Shown here: in pieces, positions 1 to 9,844 of the stretch
Position numbering within the stretch: the first letter of the stretch is position 1
Layout: every line of letters begins with the position of its first letter
Origin: a virus
Taxonomy: Duplodnaviria; Caudoviricetes
Length of the DNA: 64,000 bases
Reading direction: 5' to 3' (one strand)
IMG/VR virus record: IMGVR_UViG_3300031555_001441
Location: 80,270 to 144,269 of that record
Translations under genes and position numbers: made by a program
Notes under the pieces: model-generated
What the model was told of the DNA's origin: nothing
Database searches by the model: none
Seen by the model: only the letters and a program-made list of their open reading frames with translations

Positions 1-15
1 CGACGCTCTTTATGT

Positions 16-408
16 ATGAAAGCCGGAGCACAGCTTGGTAAGCACTGGGCACAAGTCAGATATGAAGATCTTGATAAAGTCAATCTTCCGCCGGAGGAGA
101 TGGCTTCACTTAAATCAATGTTTGGTACTATGTACTGGGCAGATTTATCTGAACATGAATTGTATATTCCGGCTCCAACAGAACGTGAATCCGAATTCGC
201 AAATCCTTCAGATAATTATAATACTGTGGAAGAACTTCTTATTCATGAAATGGTTGTGGAAGAGAAAAAACTTACAGATTCAGATCTGTTGCAGATTGCT
301 GATATGTATGGGCTTGATTACTATGAATTGAAACGTAAACTTCCTGAATGCGAAGCTACACTGTATAAAAGATTAAAAGACAGTTTAGATCTGTATAATA
401 TGGATTAG
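16..408 (+). CDS. hypothetical protein, probably the 3' part of a gene running in from the left edge
   Basis: ORF of 130 aa; frame is open back to the window edge; followed by a bidirectional terminator. Confidence 0.55.
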   Translation: MKAGAQLGKHWAQVRYEDLDKVNLPPEEMASLKSMFGTMYWADLSEHELYIPAPTERESEFANPSDNYNTVEELLIHEMVVEEKKLTDSDLLQIADMYGLDYYELKRKLPECEATLYKRLKDSLDLYNMD

Positions 409-425
409 ATAATTGAACAAAAAAG

Positions 426-459
426 AAAAGCGCCTGATGCTGTTCAGACGCTTTTTTTT
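426..459. terminator. bidirectional intrinsic terminator
   Basis: AAAAGCGCCTGA..TCAGACGCTTTTTTTT hairpin with A and T tracts between convergent genes. Confidence 0.75.
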
Positions 460-472
460 TGTTGTATGAGAA

Positions 473-1441
473 TCAAACAGCGATTTTGTCCATCACTTTC
501 AACAGCTTTGCTGAAAGATTAGGTTCAGTTGAGATAGAAAGTCCGGGTATAACTTTCATTCGTCTGTTAAGGTCATATACACTTTCTAACTTGACAAAGT
601 AGTGCTGTTCGTAGTCGAGTGCAGCTTGAAGCAGCTGATACCGCGTTCCATGATAGTTTGCAAGATTATCCATCTCCATACAATTCATGAAAGTTTCTCT
701 CTTTACTGAAATTGTTTCATTAGCTTTGTTCTCCAACGGAGTTCCGTCTGCTATCTGATATGGGAACAGGATATCAAGCGCAGTATTGATGTAACTTTCG
801 GATGTTTTCTCCTTTAACAGATTCGCAGCAGATTTGTTGAGTGCTAGAATTGCCCTATCAACCGAAGAAAGAATCTGACTTGCGATTGCTTCATTTTCAT
901 CTTTAGTAGTTGCCAACGGAACTCGGAGGCAATATGTGTTTTTAGATAATGCTTGATTGAGAGTATTCTGACACACTACACGAATGGGTGTGTTAAGAAT
1001 AGTTATGCGTCCGTCTGATTTAGTATGATCATTTACAACAACGAAATAATGATCAACATCATCATCGACAACTTTGAACTGATCTCGAATCTTGTAGCAA
1101 GCAAACACGTTTTCACCTCTGCCTAAACTAGCAGCTGTCTCTACATCGAGAGATTTTCCTACAAGAAAATCAAAAGTTTCGAATGCATCAATGTTCTGAA
1201 TGAGCTCCGGAACTTTATTTACAAGAGCTAATACAGCATCATTATCTTCTCTGTAGATCGCATGGTAGCTCTTTATGTGATCGTGGCGATCAGTGAAGAT
1301 AGGTAACGCAGCTACGGTCCAGTCAAACTTGCCAGCTGCAACCAGCTCGCGGGCTGATTTCGGGCTTTCAGTTAATATCTGACCTTCTCGATGCCAGGGC
1401 ACTTCTCCTACGTATATCATGGAATCAATGTTTGCACTCAT
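473..1441 (-). CDS. DUF932/DUF945-family phage/plasmid protein
   Basis: N-terminal YVGEVPWH, internal TPIRVVCQNTL motif typical of this family; GGAGG RBS. Confidence 0.8.
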   Translation of the reverse strand: MSANIDSMIYVGEVPWHREGQILTESPKSARELVAAGKFDWTVAALPIFTDRHDHIKSYHAIYREDNDAVLALVNKVPELIQNIDAFETFDFLVGKSLDVETAASLGRGENVFACYKIRDQFKVVDDDVDHYFVVVNDHTKSDGRITILNTPIRVVCQNTLNQALSKNTYCLRVPLATTKDENEAIASQILSSVDRAILALNKSAANLLKEKTSESYINTALDILFPYQIADGTPLENKANETISVKRETFMNCMEMDNLANYHGTRYQLLQAALDYEQHYFVKLESVYDLNRRMKVIPGLSISTEPNLSAKLLKVMDKIAV

Positions 1442-1475
1442 GTGTGAGTACCTCCTTCATATTTGTTGTGTATTC

Positions 1476-1486
1476 TATAACGATTC
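1476..1486 (-). promoter_or_regulatory. class A phage promoter motif GAATCGTTATA (representative copy)
   Basis: Exact or near-exact copies at 8601, 29781, 31708, 38586, 40621, 41958, 51742, 55358, 58908, 61837 and 63872, mostly just upstream of minus-strand genes. Confidence 0.75.
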
Positions 1487-1520
1487 ATAAAAAAAGAACT
1501 GAGTTTTCTCAGTTCTTTCA

Positions 1521-1970
1521 TCAGTCAATATAATCTAGATCTCGTGCAGCTTGTACGACCTCTTGGAATGAATGACCGTCATTGAGTAATTCTAACACTA
1601 CATTATCTAAATCAAACTGATCGGATAGTTCGTATTCAGTGATATATTTATGCACTGTTTTGCTATCTGCGTTTTGAACAAGACCTAGTCGATCTAGAGT
1701 TTCAACTGAAAATCTATCGAGCATTTCTTCAGGCTCAACTTCTTCGTTGTTAAGATCAATAGGTTCATAATTAGATTCGCATACTATCAAGTTATCATCA
1801 TCGTCAATGATTGCGCTGATAAATGCAACATCTAGATCTCTTAACGCATTCCAGCCGACATCTTGTAACCTTTGAATGAGGATAATGTTTGCATTTTGTC
1901 TGCGAAGATCTCTGATTGTATCCTCAAGATTAAATCTGTAGAATATTGTCTCTTGTACATATTCTCTCAT
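1521..1970 (-). CDS. hypothetical protein
   Basis: 149-aa ORF with GGAG RBS, in operon context. Confidence 0.7.
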   Translation of the reverse strand: MREYVQETIFYRFNLEDTIRDLRRQNANIILIQRLQDVGWNALRDLDVAFISAIIDDDDNLIVCESNYEPIDLNNEEVEPEEMLDRFSVETLDRLGLVQNADSKTVHKYITEYELSDQFDLDNVVLELLNDGHSFQEVVQAARDLDYID

Positions 1971-1981
1971 GTTTGTTCTCC

Positions 1982-2365
1982 TTAGTTTACGGCATTCGGC
2001 AACTTACCACGTTTATCACCTGTAAGTTTGCTGTATTTAAAGTTATTGCGTAAATTAACGTAGTAGAAATGTCCCTTGCTAGGAGCTGTCACCCATTTTC
2101 TATATAGAGATATCGGCACATCATATAATACGTATATATCACCTGGACCACCCGTTTTGTCTGCTTTGAACTGAACATATACGTCACCTGTTTTATCGTG
2201 TCTATCTCGTATGTTGATGTTGTAACCCCATACATTGCTGGATTTAACTCTTACAATGTGCGTCATTATATCTTTTGTCGAGATCGACGCTTGTATTATT
2301 GATTTTCTTTCAGCCGAATCGCAGAAGCAGATTTCTGCAATTGAAGCTCGAATCAATCTTTTCAT
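1982..2365 (-). CDS. KTSC domain protein
   Basis: VKSSNV..GY...VQF...YVLYDVP...WVTAPSKGHFYY..LR matches the KTSC pattern; N-terminal MKRLIRAS tag. Confidence 0.75.
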   Translation of the reverse strand: MKRLIRASIAEICFCDSAERKSIIQASISTKDIMTHIVRVKSSNVWGYNINIRDRHDKTGDVYVQFKADKTGGPGDIYVLYDVPISLYRKWVTAPSKGHFYYVNLRNNFKYSKLTGDKRGKLPNAVN

Positions 2366-2378
2366 TTAATTTAATTCC

Positions 2379-2867
2379 TTATGTAGATGTAAATATTATA
2401 TGCAATTGAGCTGCGATGTCATCTGCAGTCATTTCGTTTGATGCAGATACTATATCAACTGCAATTGAGATAAATTGTTCTCGTTTTTCATGTGTGCGTT
2501 GAATCAACTCTGGTGTTATCTTGAACAAAGGATATTTGTTTGGTCCCGTCTGTGTTGCTTTGAAATATCCAAGATCCGCACGCGCATCTTTCAACGATTC
2601 GCCTAACTCTTTTCTGAATAACTTCTCATATGTATTGATGGATAACTTCTTGTTATTCGGCTTCACCTCATAATCATTGATGATGGATACGAATTCGGAC
2701 AATTCGTCTATCCAGTGATTCAAATCTCGAGTGCTATCATCATATATCAATACTTTCAGAAGATGCTCGTGTATAGCAGGCATTAGATGCTCAATGCGAT
2801 CCTCTACTATCTTGCGAGGATGTGCGAATGCGAATATATTTTGTTTTAATCGTATAAGTCGTTTCAT
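2379..2867 (-). CDS. hypothetical protein, weakly DUF29-like
   Basis: IHEHLLKVL...HWIDEL pattern; N-terminal MKRLIR; class B promoter motif at 2889-2898. Confidence 0.55.
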   Translation of the reverse strand: MKRLIRLKQNIFAFAHPRKIVEDRIEHLMPAIHEHLLKVLIYDDSTRDLNHWIDELSEFVSIINDYEVKPNNKKLSINTYEKLFRKELGESLKDARADLGYFKATQTGPNKYPLFKITPELIQRTHEKREQFISIAVDIVSASNEMTADDIAAQLHIIFTST

Positions 2868-2887
2868 CTGTGCATCTCCATCCTTTA

Positions 2888-3706
2888 TTATAAAAGGTCC
2901 ATCATTTGTTGACCGGCAGTGGTTTGATTGCGTAGCTGCTGCGTTTGAGAGATATTAAGACTCAATTCAGGATGTTCGTTGTAACATCGTTGAATCCAGT
3001 ATGTCTCTCTGTTCAGCAAGTTCTCCGTCAACGAAACTATCTCGATTATCTCAAACAAATAATCTGTAATATTATCGACCGGGAAGCGATCCGTTTTCAT
3101 GTGCTCTGCCCATCTGAACATAGGCATATATTTTGTTTGGCCTACATAAAACTCTCGTGTAGATTTCTTTGTTATCTTATATATGTATCCAGCTATTTTT
3201 GATGTGAACATATCGCGTGTAACAAAGAACTCACTGTCATCTTCTGGTTTCAATTTGAGTTTTTCGTCATACTTGTATTGATCTTTACACTTTGTGCAAC
3301 AGAACCGCTTGTATTTGTAGTCCTGAATATTGTAGAAATCATGACGAATCTCATAGTCCTCAAAGGCGATAGGCCTGCTGTAATATGTGGTCACATGTGC
3401 GTGACAGTTATCGCATTCAAACTCAATTCGGTTGAAATATCGCTCAGTTGTAAAGCAATGTTCCCCGATTATGATGCAATACATATCGCCGGGCTGAAGT
3501 TTCTTGCTGTATGCAAAAGGAATATTACCGTATGTATCTCGTATTATAGATTTAAATTGATCTCGACTGTCGCACACTATCACATCCATCAATAACTCGA
3601 TGTTAGATCCCTTACTAGCACTTGAGTAAAATCCAAAGGCGATCTCATCAGTTGACGAGATCGGCTCTTCAGGCACTTGATAGATTCTGTATATTATTTC
3701 AAGCAT
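2888..3706 (-). CDS. Zn-finger plus C-terminal GIY-YIG nuclease domain protein
   Basis: CDNC...CCTKC cysteines; GYIYKIT...FYVGQT...R...H...RE..WI...LN GIY-YIG signature. Confidence 0.7.
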   Translation of the reverse strand: MLEIIYRIYQVPEEPISSTDEIAFGFYSSASKGSNIELLMDVIVCDSRDQFKSIIRDTYGNIPFAYSKKLQPGDMYCIIIGEHCFTTERYFNRIEFECDNCHAHVTTYYSRPIAFEDYEIRHDFYNIQDYKYKRFCCTKCKDQYKYDEKLKLKPEDDSEFFVTRDMFTSKIAGYIYKITKKSTREFYVGQTKYMPMFRWAEHMKTDRFPVDNITDYLFEIIEIVSLTENLLNRETYWIQRCYNEHPELSLNISQTQQLRNQTTAGQQMMDLL

Positions 3707-3707
3707 A

Positions 3708-3980
3708 TTATTCGGACGCTTCCTCTATACTGTCAATGGCTGCTTGAAGCGTATCCGCGGCATCTTCAAGCGAAGAGAGCGCTTCCTCCAGGTTGGAAAC
3801 TGCGGCATCTGCTTTTTCATATCTTTCAGAATTCTGAAAACTTTCAGGAATGTTGTCGCGACACTCTTCCTCTTCATCCTTTATGGATTCAAGATCATCT
3901 TTGGTAGATTCAATATCTCCGAGTATACTTTCAATTGCACTGATTACATCAGCAAGTGATTTACGTCTTACATCGTTCAT
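3708..3980 (-). CDS. conserved small phage coiled-coil protein
   Basis: MNDVRRK..EEEECRDNIPESFQNSERYE, a helical protein type common in phages. Confidence 0.65.
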   Translation of the reverse strand: MNDVRRKSLADVISAIESILGDIESTKDDLESIKDEEEECRDNIPESFQNSERYEKADAAVSNLEEALSSLEDAADTLQAAIDSIEEASE

Positions 3981-4408
3981 TTTATATTCTCCTCATTTTT
4001 ATGTATTTCATATTCACTGATAGTAGGCCAATTTTCATCAGGCCAATCCATTCCAGGGTCATCTGCCCAAGGTTGATATGATTCTTCTTCATGAATGTAG
4101 TCAGCATACAACTGCTTCAACGAATCATCTGATTCTGAATCCTTCTGGGCAGCTCGAATCAATGTGTCATCCGAATTGACAACTGATCGAGTTGTAGACA
4201 CATCGTAGTATTCATCTTCTTCTGTATAAGGATCAATTAGATCGCTTGGATCTTCCTCAAAGTATGGACAATGTAATACACCACCAAACTCTTCATATTC
4301 TGCAAACTCGAGATCCGTCATCAGATCCTCTTTAGTGCACTCTGAATAGCCCACACTGTAATCTTTAAACAGGTGTTTGCACCTACCGCACTTGATGTAC
4401 TCAGTCAT
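3977..4408 (-). CDS. hypothetical acidic protein with N-terminal Cys cluster
   Basis: CGRCKH...C...CPYF; RBS; overlapping stop/start. Confidence 0.6.
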   Translation of the reverse strand: MTEYIKCGRCKHLFKDYSVGYSECTKEDLMTDLEFAEYEEFGGVLHCPYFEEDPSDLIDPYTEEDEYYDVSTTRSVVNSDDTLIRAAQKDSESDDSLKQLYADYIHEEESYQPWADDPGMDWPDENWPTISEYEIHKNEENIK

Positions 4409-4426
4409 TGTATCGTTCTCCTTCGC

Positions 4427-4633
4427 TCATCTCCCGCACAAGCTATCGTACTGCTTCTTTGTCATCAACACGATGTCATCTGAATGCTCTGCACGTCCGG
4501 TTTGAATCAGGTCTCGAACCTCTTCTTCGTTTATCTTAGTATCATTAAACAGGGCTACCAGATTCATCGAATACTCTCCACCGATAACTCGTGTGAATTC
4601 TATCATCATTATATGTTCAGTCATGTTGATCAT
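4427..4633 (-). CDS. hypothetical protein
   Basis: 68-aa ORF with GGAG RBS. Confidence 0.55.
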   Translation of the reverse strand: MINMTEHIMMIEFTRVIGGEYSMNLVALFNDTKINEEEVRDLIQTGRAEHSDDIVLMTKKQYDSLCGR

Positions 4634-4639
4634 CGCTCC

Positions 4640-4927
4640 TTATCTATCGCCGAAGTATTCACCGTTCTCAATGTCGCGGACGCATCTGAGCAGTTCCTCA
4701 AGTGAGTTGCTGTTCATGATATCTTCCCACTCTCGAGGGCTGAGGACCTGACATTCTCTGTATCCGACGCGGCAGATGGTTGTCCACATCCAATCCTGAC
4801 CCAGGTCAAGATAGACATCTTCGACTGTGTAAGTTGCGTTGTGCTTGCTGTCGTAAGTGAGCATCCGAGCTACTATCTGTAACTTCTTGTATTCTGGTTC
4901 GGTTTCTTTAACGATTCTGTATTTCAT
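4640..4927 (-). CDS. hypothetical protein
   Basis: 95-aa ORF with GGAGG RBS. Confidence 0.65.
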   Translation of the reverse strand: MKYRIVKETEPEYKKLQIVARMLTYDSKHNATYTVEDVYLDLGQDWMWTTICRVGYRECQVLSPREWEDIMNSNSLEELLRCVRDIENGEYFGDR

Positions 4928-5330
4928 GTTAGTTGTCCTCCTTATAGATGAGATCGGCGAGTAGCTTGTCTACGGGCTTGCCGGTTGATTTTGATTCTTC
5001 AAATAACTTATTAGCGATTTTCTCGCTCTCATTTCGCGTGTAGTTACCGACATCTTGAAGAATGTCGATAACTAACGCGAAGTTCTTAGTTGTTTTCAGC
5101 TTCATGTTCTACCTCGTCTCTGATTTCGAGGTCTATGTCTATGATTTCGTCCATTTCGACTCCGAGCTCTTCGAGCTCATGAATCAACTTTGTGACCTCC
5201 TGGCCGCCTTCAGATGTCTGATAATAATGACGAGCAGCTTCTTTGAACTGATCAATTGTGCAATCGATAGCGTTGAGTCTCATCTGCTCCATCATGTAGT
5301 TGGTTCTGAGAACCATTCGGCTCAACGTCA

Positions 5331-5618
5331 TCATATCGCCACCTCCATTTCTACGATCTCTGAAGTAGATTTCCAGAAGTCTGTGTTCTCGGGATTCTTG
5401 TATGCGTAAGCTCTGACAACGTCGCACTTGCGAGTGTAACCATATGCTTTAACTGCAGCAGCATGAAGTTCTTTGTACATCCCGGTCTTCTTCGGATGGT
5501 CACCTAAGTAAGCGATAAGAGCTTCGTTTCTGCCGATGTAAGCGATTGCAGTCTCGCCTGCGAAGTTCGGATTCTCTAAAGTTGCGATAGATGTCTCTTT
5601 CACCATGTAATACTTCAT
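5331..5618 (-). CDS. hypothetical protein, first gene after the class C promoter repeat
   Basis: 95-aa ORF with AGGAG RBS. Confidence 0.6.
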   Translation of the reverse strand: MKYYMVKETSIATLENPNFAGETAIAYIGRNEALIAYLGDHPKKTGMYKELHAAAVKAYGYTRKCDVVRAYAYKNPENTDFWKSTSEIVEMEVAI

Positions 5619-5654
5619 CTTGTAAACTCCTTCTCTTGAAGAATTGATTTATTT

Positions 5655-5722
5655 TACAAGTATATTATAAGCCCTTCTGATTAAATCAGTATTATATATT
5701 TATTAAATTTTTATAAATTTTA
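5655..5722 (-). promoter_or_regulatory. 68-bp class C repeat (AT-rich tract, CTGA-N5-TCAG palindrome, TATAAT), copy 1 of 3
   Basis: Near-identical to 35846-35913 and 45352-45419. Confidence 0.75.
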
Positions 5723-5768
5723 AAGATCAATACATAGAAAAAGCTCCGATGTATTTCGGAGCTTTGTT

Positions 5769-7241
5769 TCATATTACTCTATTGAGTGCTTTATCATACG
5801 ACCAAGGCTGTATTTGTTCAAATGCATGTGCAATAGCAAACACATCTTCATCTTGATACTGCTTTCCGATGATCTGCATCCCTACCGGAAGCCCATCGTT
5901 TGTCATACCTGCCGGAACAGATGCAGCTGGATATCCGACGAAGTTGACCAGGGGTGTTTCGGCAAATGCAATGAATCCTATATTTGGATCAATTGCAACT
6001 CCGTCTACTTCCTTTACACATCCGTTGTCTTCATTGCGAAGCGGCGGACATATTGATGTCGGAGAGACGATTGCGTAATATCCTTGATCAAATACATCTT
6101 CAAAGTTGTCAAGAATATCTGTCCGAATCTCATTGAACGTGCGCATGCTGTGAATATCAGTATCATATGCGATTTTATTGAATTTTATAAACTCTTCTGG
6201 TAGCTCATCTCTGTGATCCTTAACCAGATCGAGTCCTTGACCTCTCCATAACTCTAAGTCGAGAGCGGTATCAAGCGATATTGACCATGCCCAGCAATAC
6301 ATTATACTGTATGCGGGAAACTTGAAGTTGAAATTGACGAAGTCTACGTGTGCTCCAGCTTCTTCAAGTCGTTTAGCTGCATTGAATACTATTTCACGAA
6401 CTTCACTATCCGTTGAGAAAAGATTGAAGTCATATGTAAATGCGATCTTCTTTCCCTTGATCGGCTTCTTCATCAACTCTAAGAAATCCTTATTGTTGTT
6501 GATCGGAAGACTGATCGGATCTCTCGGATTGTATCTCGCCATTCCGTTGAGCATCTGCGCGCTATCTTCAACTGTTTTTGTAAGTGCACCATTGAAACAA
6601 TATGGATGTGTAGCTGACCAACCATCTGGCCTACAGTAACTTGGAATAGTTCCCAGCGATGCTTTGAAGCCGAAAAGATTGCACCAGCCTGCGGGAATTC
6701 GTATAGATCCACCTGCATCTCCACCTTCCCCAAGAAGAATGAGACCGTCTGCAACAGCTGCTGCGGTACCGCCAGAAGATCCACCTGACGTTCTTCCGGT
6801 ATCAAATGGATTCTTAGTAGCACCATACATCTTGTTGATGCAAGCTCCACTGAATCCAAATGCCGGCGCATTTGTTTTTCCTACCGCTATAGCACCAAAT
6901 TCTTTTGCAGCGGTGTAAAACATAGAATCTGCATCGTCAACTGCAACGAGTGATTTTACGCCGCCGTGAGAATTTGTCCACCCCTTCTTAGATGGTAAGA
7001 AATCTTTAAGGGCAACAGGAACTCCAGCAAAAGGTCCACAGTATTCTCCTGACTGAATACGCTTTTCCAGCTGACGTGCTTCCTCCATTGCATCCTCAAT
7101 CTTTGTGTAGGTAAATGCATTGATTGACGGATTTCTAGCTTGTATGCGTTCTGCAAAGTAGTTGATTACTTCCGTAGGTGAAACTTGTTTAGTGTTAACA
7201 AGCTCACCTAACTGTACTCCGGATAATCTTTCCAGCTCCAT
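5769..7241 (-). CDS. amidase-signature family protein (GatA-like fold)
   Basis: GVPVALKD, GKTN, SGGSSGG, GDAGGSIRIPAGWC and GLPVGMQ motifs. Confidence 0.9.
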   Translation of the reverse strand: MELERLSGVQLGELVNTKQVSPTEVINYFAERIQARNPSINAFTYTKIEDAMEEARQLEKRIQSGEYCGPFAGVPVALKDFLPSKKGWTNSHGGVKSLVAVDDADSMFYTAAKEFGAIAVGKTNAPAFGFSGACINKMYGATKNPFDTGRTSGGSSGGTAAAVADGLILLGEGGDAGGSIRIPAGWCNLFGFKASLGTIPSYCRPDGWSATHPYCFNGALTKTVEDSAQMLNGMARYNPRDPISLPINNNKDFLELMKKPIKGKKIAFTYDFNLFSTDSEVREIVFNAAKRLEEAGAHVDFVNFNFKFPAYSIMYCWAWSISLDTALDLELWRGQGLDLVKDHRDELPEEFIKFNKIAYDTDIHSMRTFNEIRTDILDNFEDVFDQGYYAIVSPTSICPPLRNEDNGCVKEVDGVAIDPNIGFIAFAETPLVNFVGYPAASVPAGMTNDGLPVGMQIIGKQYQDEDVFAIAHAFEQIQPWSYDKALNRVI

Positions 7242-7244
7242 AGA

Positions 7245-7982
7245 TTACACCTTCACATTGTATTTGTTGAGATATTCCGCACCGACATCTTCTTTCTTCC
7301 ACTTCCTCGCTATCTTGTAGCCTAAAGGGGAGAAGATGGCTTCTATAGCGAGTTCCAAAAGCATCATCAAGAATGAACATACAAACACCTGCTGAATTGT
7401 CCATCCAAAGAAGATGAATGATACAAACAATGCAAATATGAAGTTATCTACAAACTGACCGGCAGCTGTTGAAATGAAACTTCTTACAGCAAATCCGCCG
7501 AAAGTATCTTTCTTGTCAACAAGTTTACCTATCCCTTTGTTGACAAGAGAATTAACTAGACCTCCAAGGAACATCGCCGCCGCTGAACCGACAACTACAT
7601 ACCATGTTGATGCAAACGTGGAATCCAGCGCAGCGTTGATAGCAGCACTGATTTCAGGGGTTGCTCCGGCATAACTAGATGCCCAGATTCCGGGAATAGA
7701 AACAATTGCAGCATATAGAAGTGCAGTAAGCAAACTTATTATTGTTGCAATTGTGTTGAGTATGGTTGCAGCTTTTGGTCCAAAGCGTTTGCAAACTGCA
7801 TCCATACACAGAAATGATATCCATGAAACAAATATGCCTGCAGTCGATGCTAACCACGGAAGGTTGAAAATCGACTTGTTGGCCAGTAAATTCATGGATA
7901 TCACGGATAGAATGAATACTGCTGTTACGATACCTGGTATCGCTCTCATAGTGTCTTTGACTTGTGTTAACAATTTCTTCAT
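7245..7982 (-). CDS. VUT-family (YhhQ-like) queuosine-precursor transporter
   Basis: Multi-TM protein with NLLANK, D...K.FGPK.A and RSFISTAAGQFVDNFIF motifs; ATG at 7982 has a GGAGG RBS. Confidence 0.8.
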   Translation of the reverse strand: MKKLLTQVKDTMRAIPGIVTAVFILSVISMNLLANKSIFNLPWLASTAGIFVSWISFLCMDAVCKRFGPKAATILNTIATIISLLTALLYAAIVSIPGIWASSYAGATPEISAAINAALDSTFASTWYVVVGSAAAMFLGGLVNSLVNKGIGKLVDKKDTFGGFAVRSFISTAAGQFVDNFIFALFVSFIFFGWTIQQVFVCSFLMMLLELAIEAIFSPLGYKIARKWKKEDVGAEYLNKYNVKV

Positions 7983-7990
7983 GTTAACTA

Positions 7991-8044
7991 CCTCCATTAT
8001 TTTTATTTTAAGACGGGCTGTCAGGATGTTACAAAACCGTCTTA
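7991..8044 (-). promoter_or_regulatory. candidate preQ1-I-like riboswitch
   Basis: 8-bp stem UAAGACGG/CCGUCUUA, 20-nt loop, then A-rich tail AAAUAAAAAUAA directly before the GGAGG of the VUT gene. Confidence 0.4.
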
Positions 8045-8063
8045 TTTGCATTCTTCGTATTGA

Positions 8064-8570
8064 TTATTTGTTTCTATCTAAAACAGAAGAGTAGTCGCCT
8101 ACACGAAGATCGTTGCAGATATCTCTGACCTTCTTGAGCAGATGCCGCACATTTCGACAATCTTCTTTATTAATCAATACAGTGTATATGATAGGGCTAT
8201 CTGGTTGCAGATCTGTAAGCTTCATAGGATGATCAGATACTCTGAATTTGACTTCAACAGGTTGTCCTAGTATATCTTCAAGACCTTCATAGTACTCCGG
8301 TTTAACTGCAATGTAGTACGAATAGCTGTCCCCACTTTGATATTCGTGCAGTATTTGCAAACCATGATGCAGTATGATCTGCATCACGTTGTATATCAAG
8401 TCGTTGTATGCTGCTCTTTGTTCTTCAGTTATTTGATATTCTTGCTGAATACTAGATCGACGAGTTAAGTAATCAACAGTTCGTGCTGCAGCTACATCAT
8501 CCGAGTAATGATTCAAAATTACATCAATGCAAATCAAGTATCGTGGAGCATTCTGTGTTGATCTTTTCAT
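8064..8570 (-). CDS. hypothetical protein
   Basis: 168-aa ORF downstream of a class A motif. Confidence 0.6.
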   Translation of the reverse strand: MKRSTQNAPRYLICIDVILNHYSDDVAAARTVDYLTRRSSIQQEYQITEEQRAAYNDLIYNVMQIILHHGLQILHEYQSGDSYSYYIAVKPEYYEGLEDILGQPVEVKFRVSDHPMKLTDLQPDSPIIYTVLINKEDCRNVRHLLKKVRDICNDLRVGDYSSVLDRNK

Positions 8571-8612
8571 TCTTATTTCCTACTTCAGTTATATATATAC
8601 TATAACGATTCA

Positions 8613-9056
8613 TCAATAGTGACCATACAAATCTTCGTCAGTTTCTTCTTCCTCACTACGCCATTCAAATTCAAACGGACCGTCACATTCATATATAGAT
8701 CCACGTTTACCTACATCATAGCTGCTGAGATAGTCTTCATCAAGACATTCATCTGCAAGTTTCTTAAGCAAGTCCTCGTAATCGTCTTCGCTGTGGCAAT
8801 CTTCGATACCTTCAAGTATGTAGCGCGCGCCGTCTGCATATTTGTAGAGCCAGTTAGCATAATCAGACAGATCGTTTGCCCAGCCCTCAAGATCATATGT
8901 GTTATCAAATACGTCACCGTCATTGTACCATTTGTAAATCAACTTGTTGATAGCAGTGACGATTTGATTCATCATCTTTTCGCCTTCGCCACGGTCTGGA
9001 AGATACTTATTAAGTATATCTTCAAATTTATTGTAGTAACTCCATTCAACTGACAT
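8613..9056 (-). CDS. hypothetical acidic protein
   Basis: 147-aa ORF, GGAG RBS, class B motif at 9090. Confidence 0.65.
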   Translation of the reverse strand: MSVEWSYYNKFEDILNKYLPDRGEGEKMMNQIVTAINKLIYKWYNDGDVFDNTYDLEGWANDLSDYANWLYKYADGARYILEGIEDCHSEDDYEDLLKKLADECLDEDYLSSYDVGKRGSIYECDGPFEFEWRSEEEETDEDLYGHY

Positions 9057-9089
9057 TTGTTATTATCTCCTATTACGTTTATTTATGTA

Positions 9090-9099
9090 TATATAAGGT
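9090..9099 (-). promoter_or_regulatory. class B (putative late) promoter motif ACCTTNTATA (representative copy)
   Basis: Copies at 2889, 12802, 13683, 14450, 21550, 25519, 43191, 45821, 52507, 56077, 56978 and 60050 on the minus strand, and at 60108 on the plus strand before the plus-strand gene at 60158. Confidence 0.75.
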
Positions 9100-9109
9100 A
9101 TGCTACGAA

Positions 9110-9844
9110 TTAATCAAATTTATATTTTCTGCGAATTGATGCAAATACAGATCCGTCGTAATCTTCAAACAGCTCCTCAGGTGTTCCTTCAAACAGCGTG
9201 ATCTCCGGTGGATTTGTTTCAGCATCATGTCCTATCCAAATACGTGCGGGCATATTATTTATATTACCGAAGGTGTCCCACATGAAGTTTTCTATTGTAG
9301 ATCGCCAGTTGTATCCTTGTGAAGATATTCTGAAGTAGATAGTATCTTCTCCAACAGAATCCAATTTACCTCCAGCTCGAACCCTTAGAAAATTCTGATT
9401 CAAATAGTATGCAATCTTACCTGCAATCTTAACATCGTCAAGTCGTTCCCAATTCTCAATGATAGCGAAACTTTCATCCTCTTTCATACCTGTCATGATA
9501 TCAAGAAGAAGCGATTTTGTTGTCTCACATGGATCATAAGTATCACAGTACATGATATTGTAGAGAAGATCATCAAACGTAGCATCATAATCGGCATACA
9601 ATTCTTGTGATACACGAACATACAACCAGTCTGTAGCAGCTTTACGTATTGGACCACTTAGATCATTATCAAATATCCAGTCAACAACACGTTCAATTTC
9701 TGAATAATTATCTTGAGCTGTTCCTGGATTCGGATGATATGCGTTGTCAATACAGTTATATACATCTCCGTACTTATCTAACATCACGCATTCACCATGG
9801 ATGACGTATCCTGTAGGTGCTTTATTACACAGTATCTTTTTCAT
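9110..9844 (-). CDS. hypothetical protein
   Basis: 244-aa ORF, translationally coupled to the upstream gene. Confidence 0.65.
   Translation of the reverse strand: MKKILCNKAPTGYVIHGECVMLDKYGDVYNCIDNAYHPNPGTAQDNYSEIERVVDWIFDNDLSGPIRKAATDWLYVRVSQELYADYDATFDDLLYNIMYCDTYDPCETTKSLLLDIMTGMKEDESFAIIENWERLDDVKIAGKIAYYLNQNFLRVRAGGKLDSVGEDTIYFRISSQGYNWRSTIENFMWDTFGNINNMPARIWIGHDAETNPPEITLFEGTPEELFEDYDGSVFASIRRKYKFD

Noticed and set aside
5769-7241. gatA as part of a GatCAB amidotransferase
   Set aside because: No gatB or gatC is adjacent; the context with a VUT transporter favours a stand-alone amidase.
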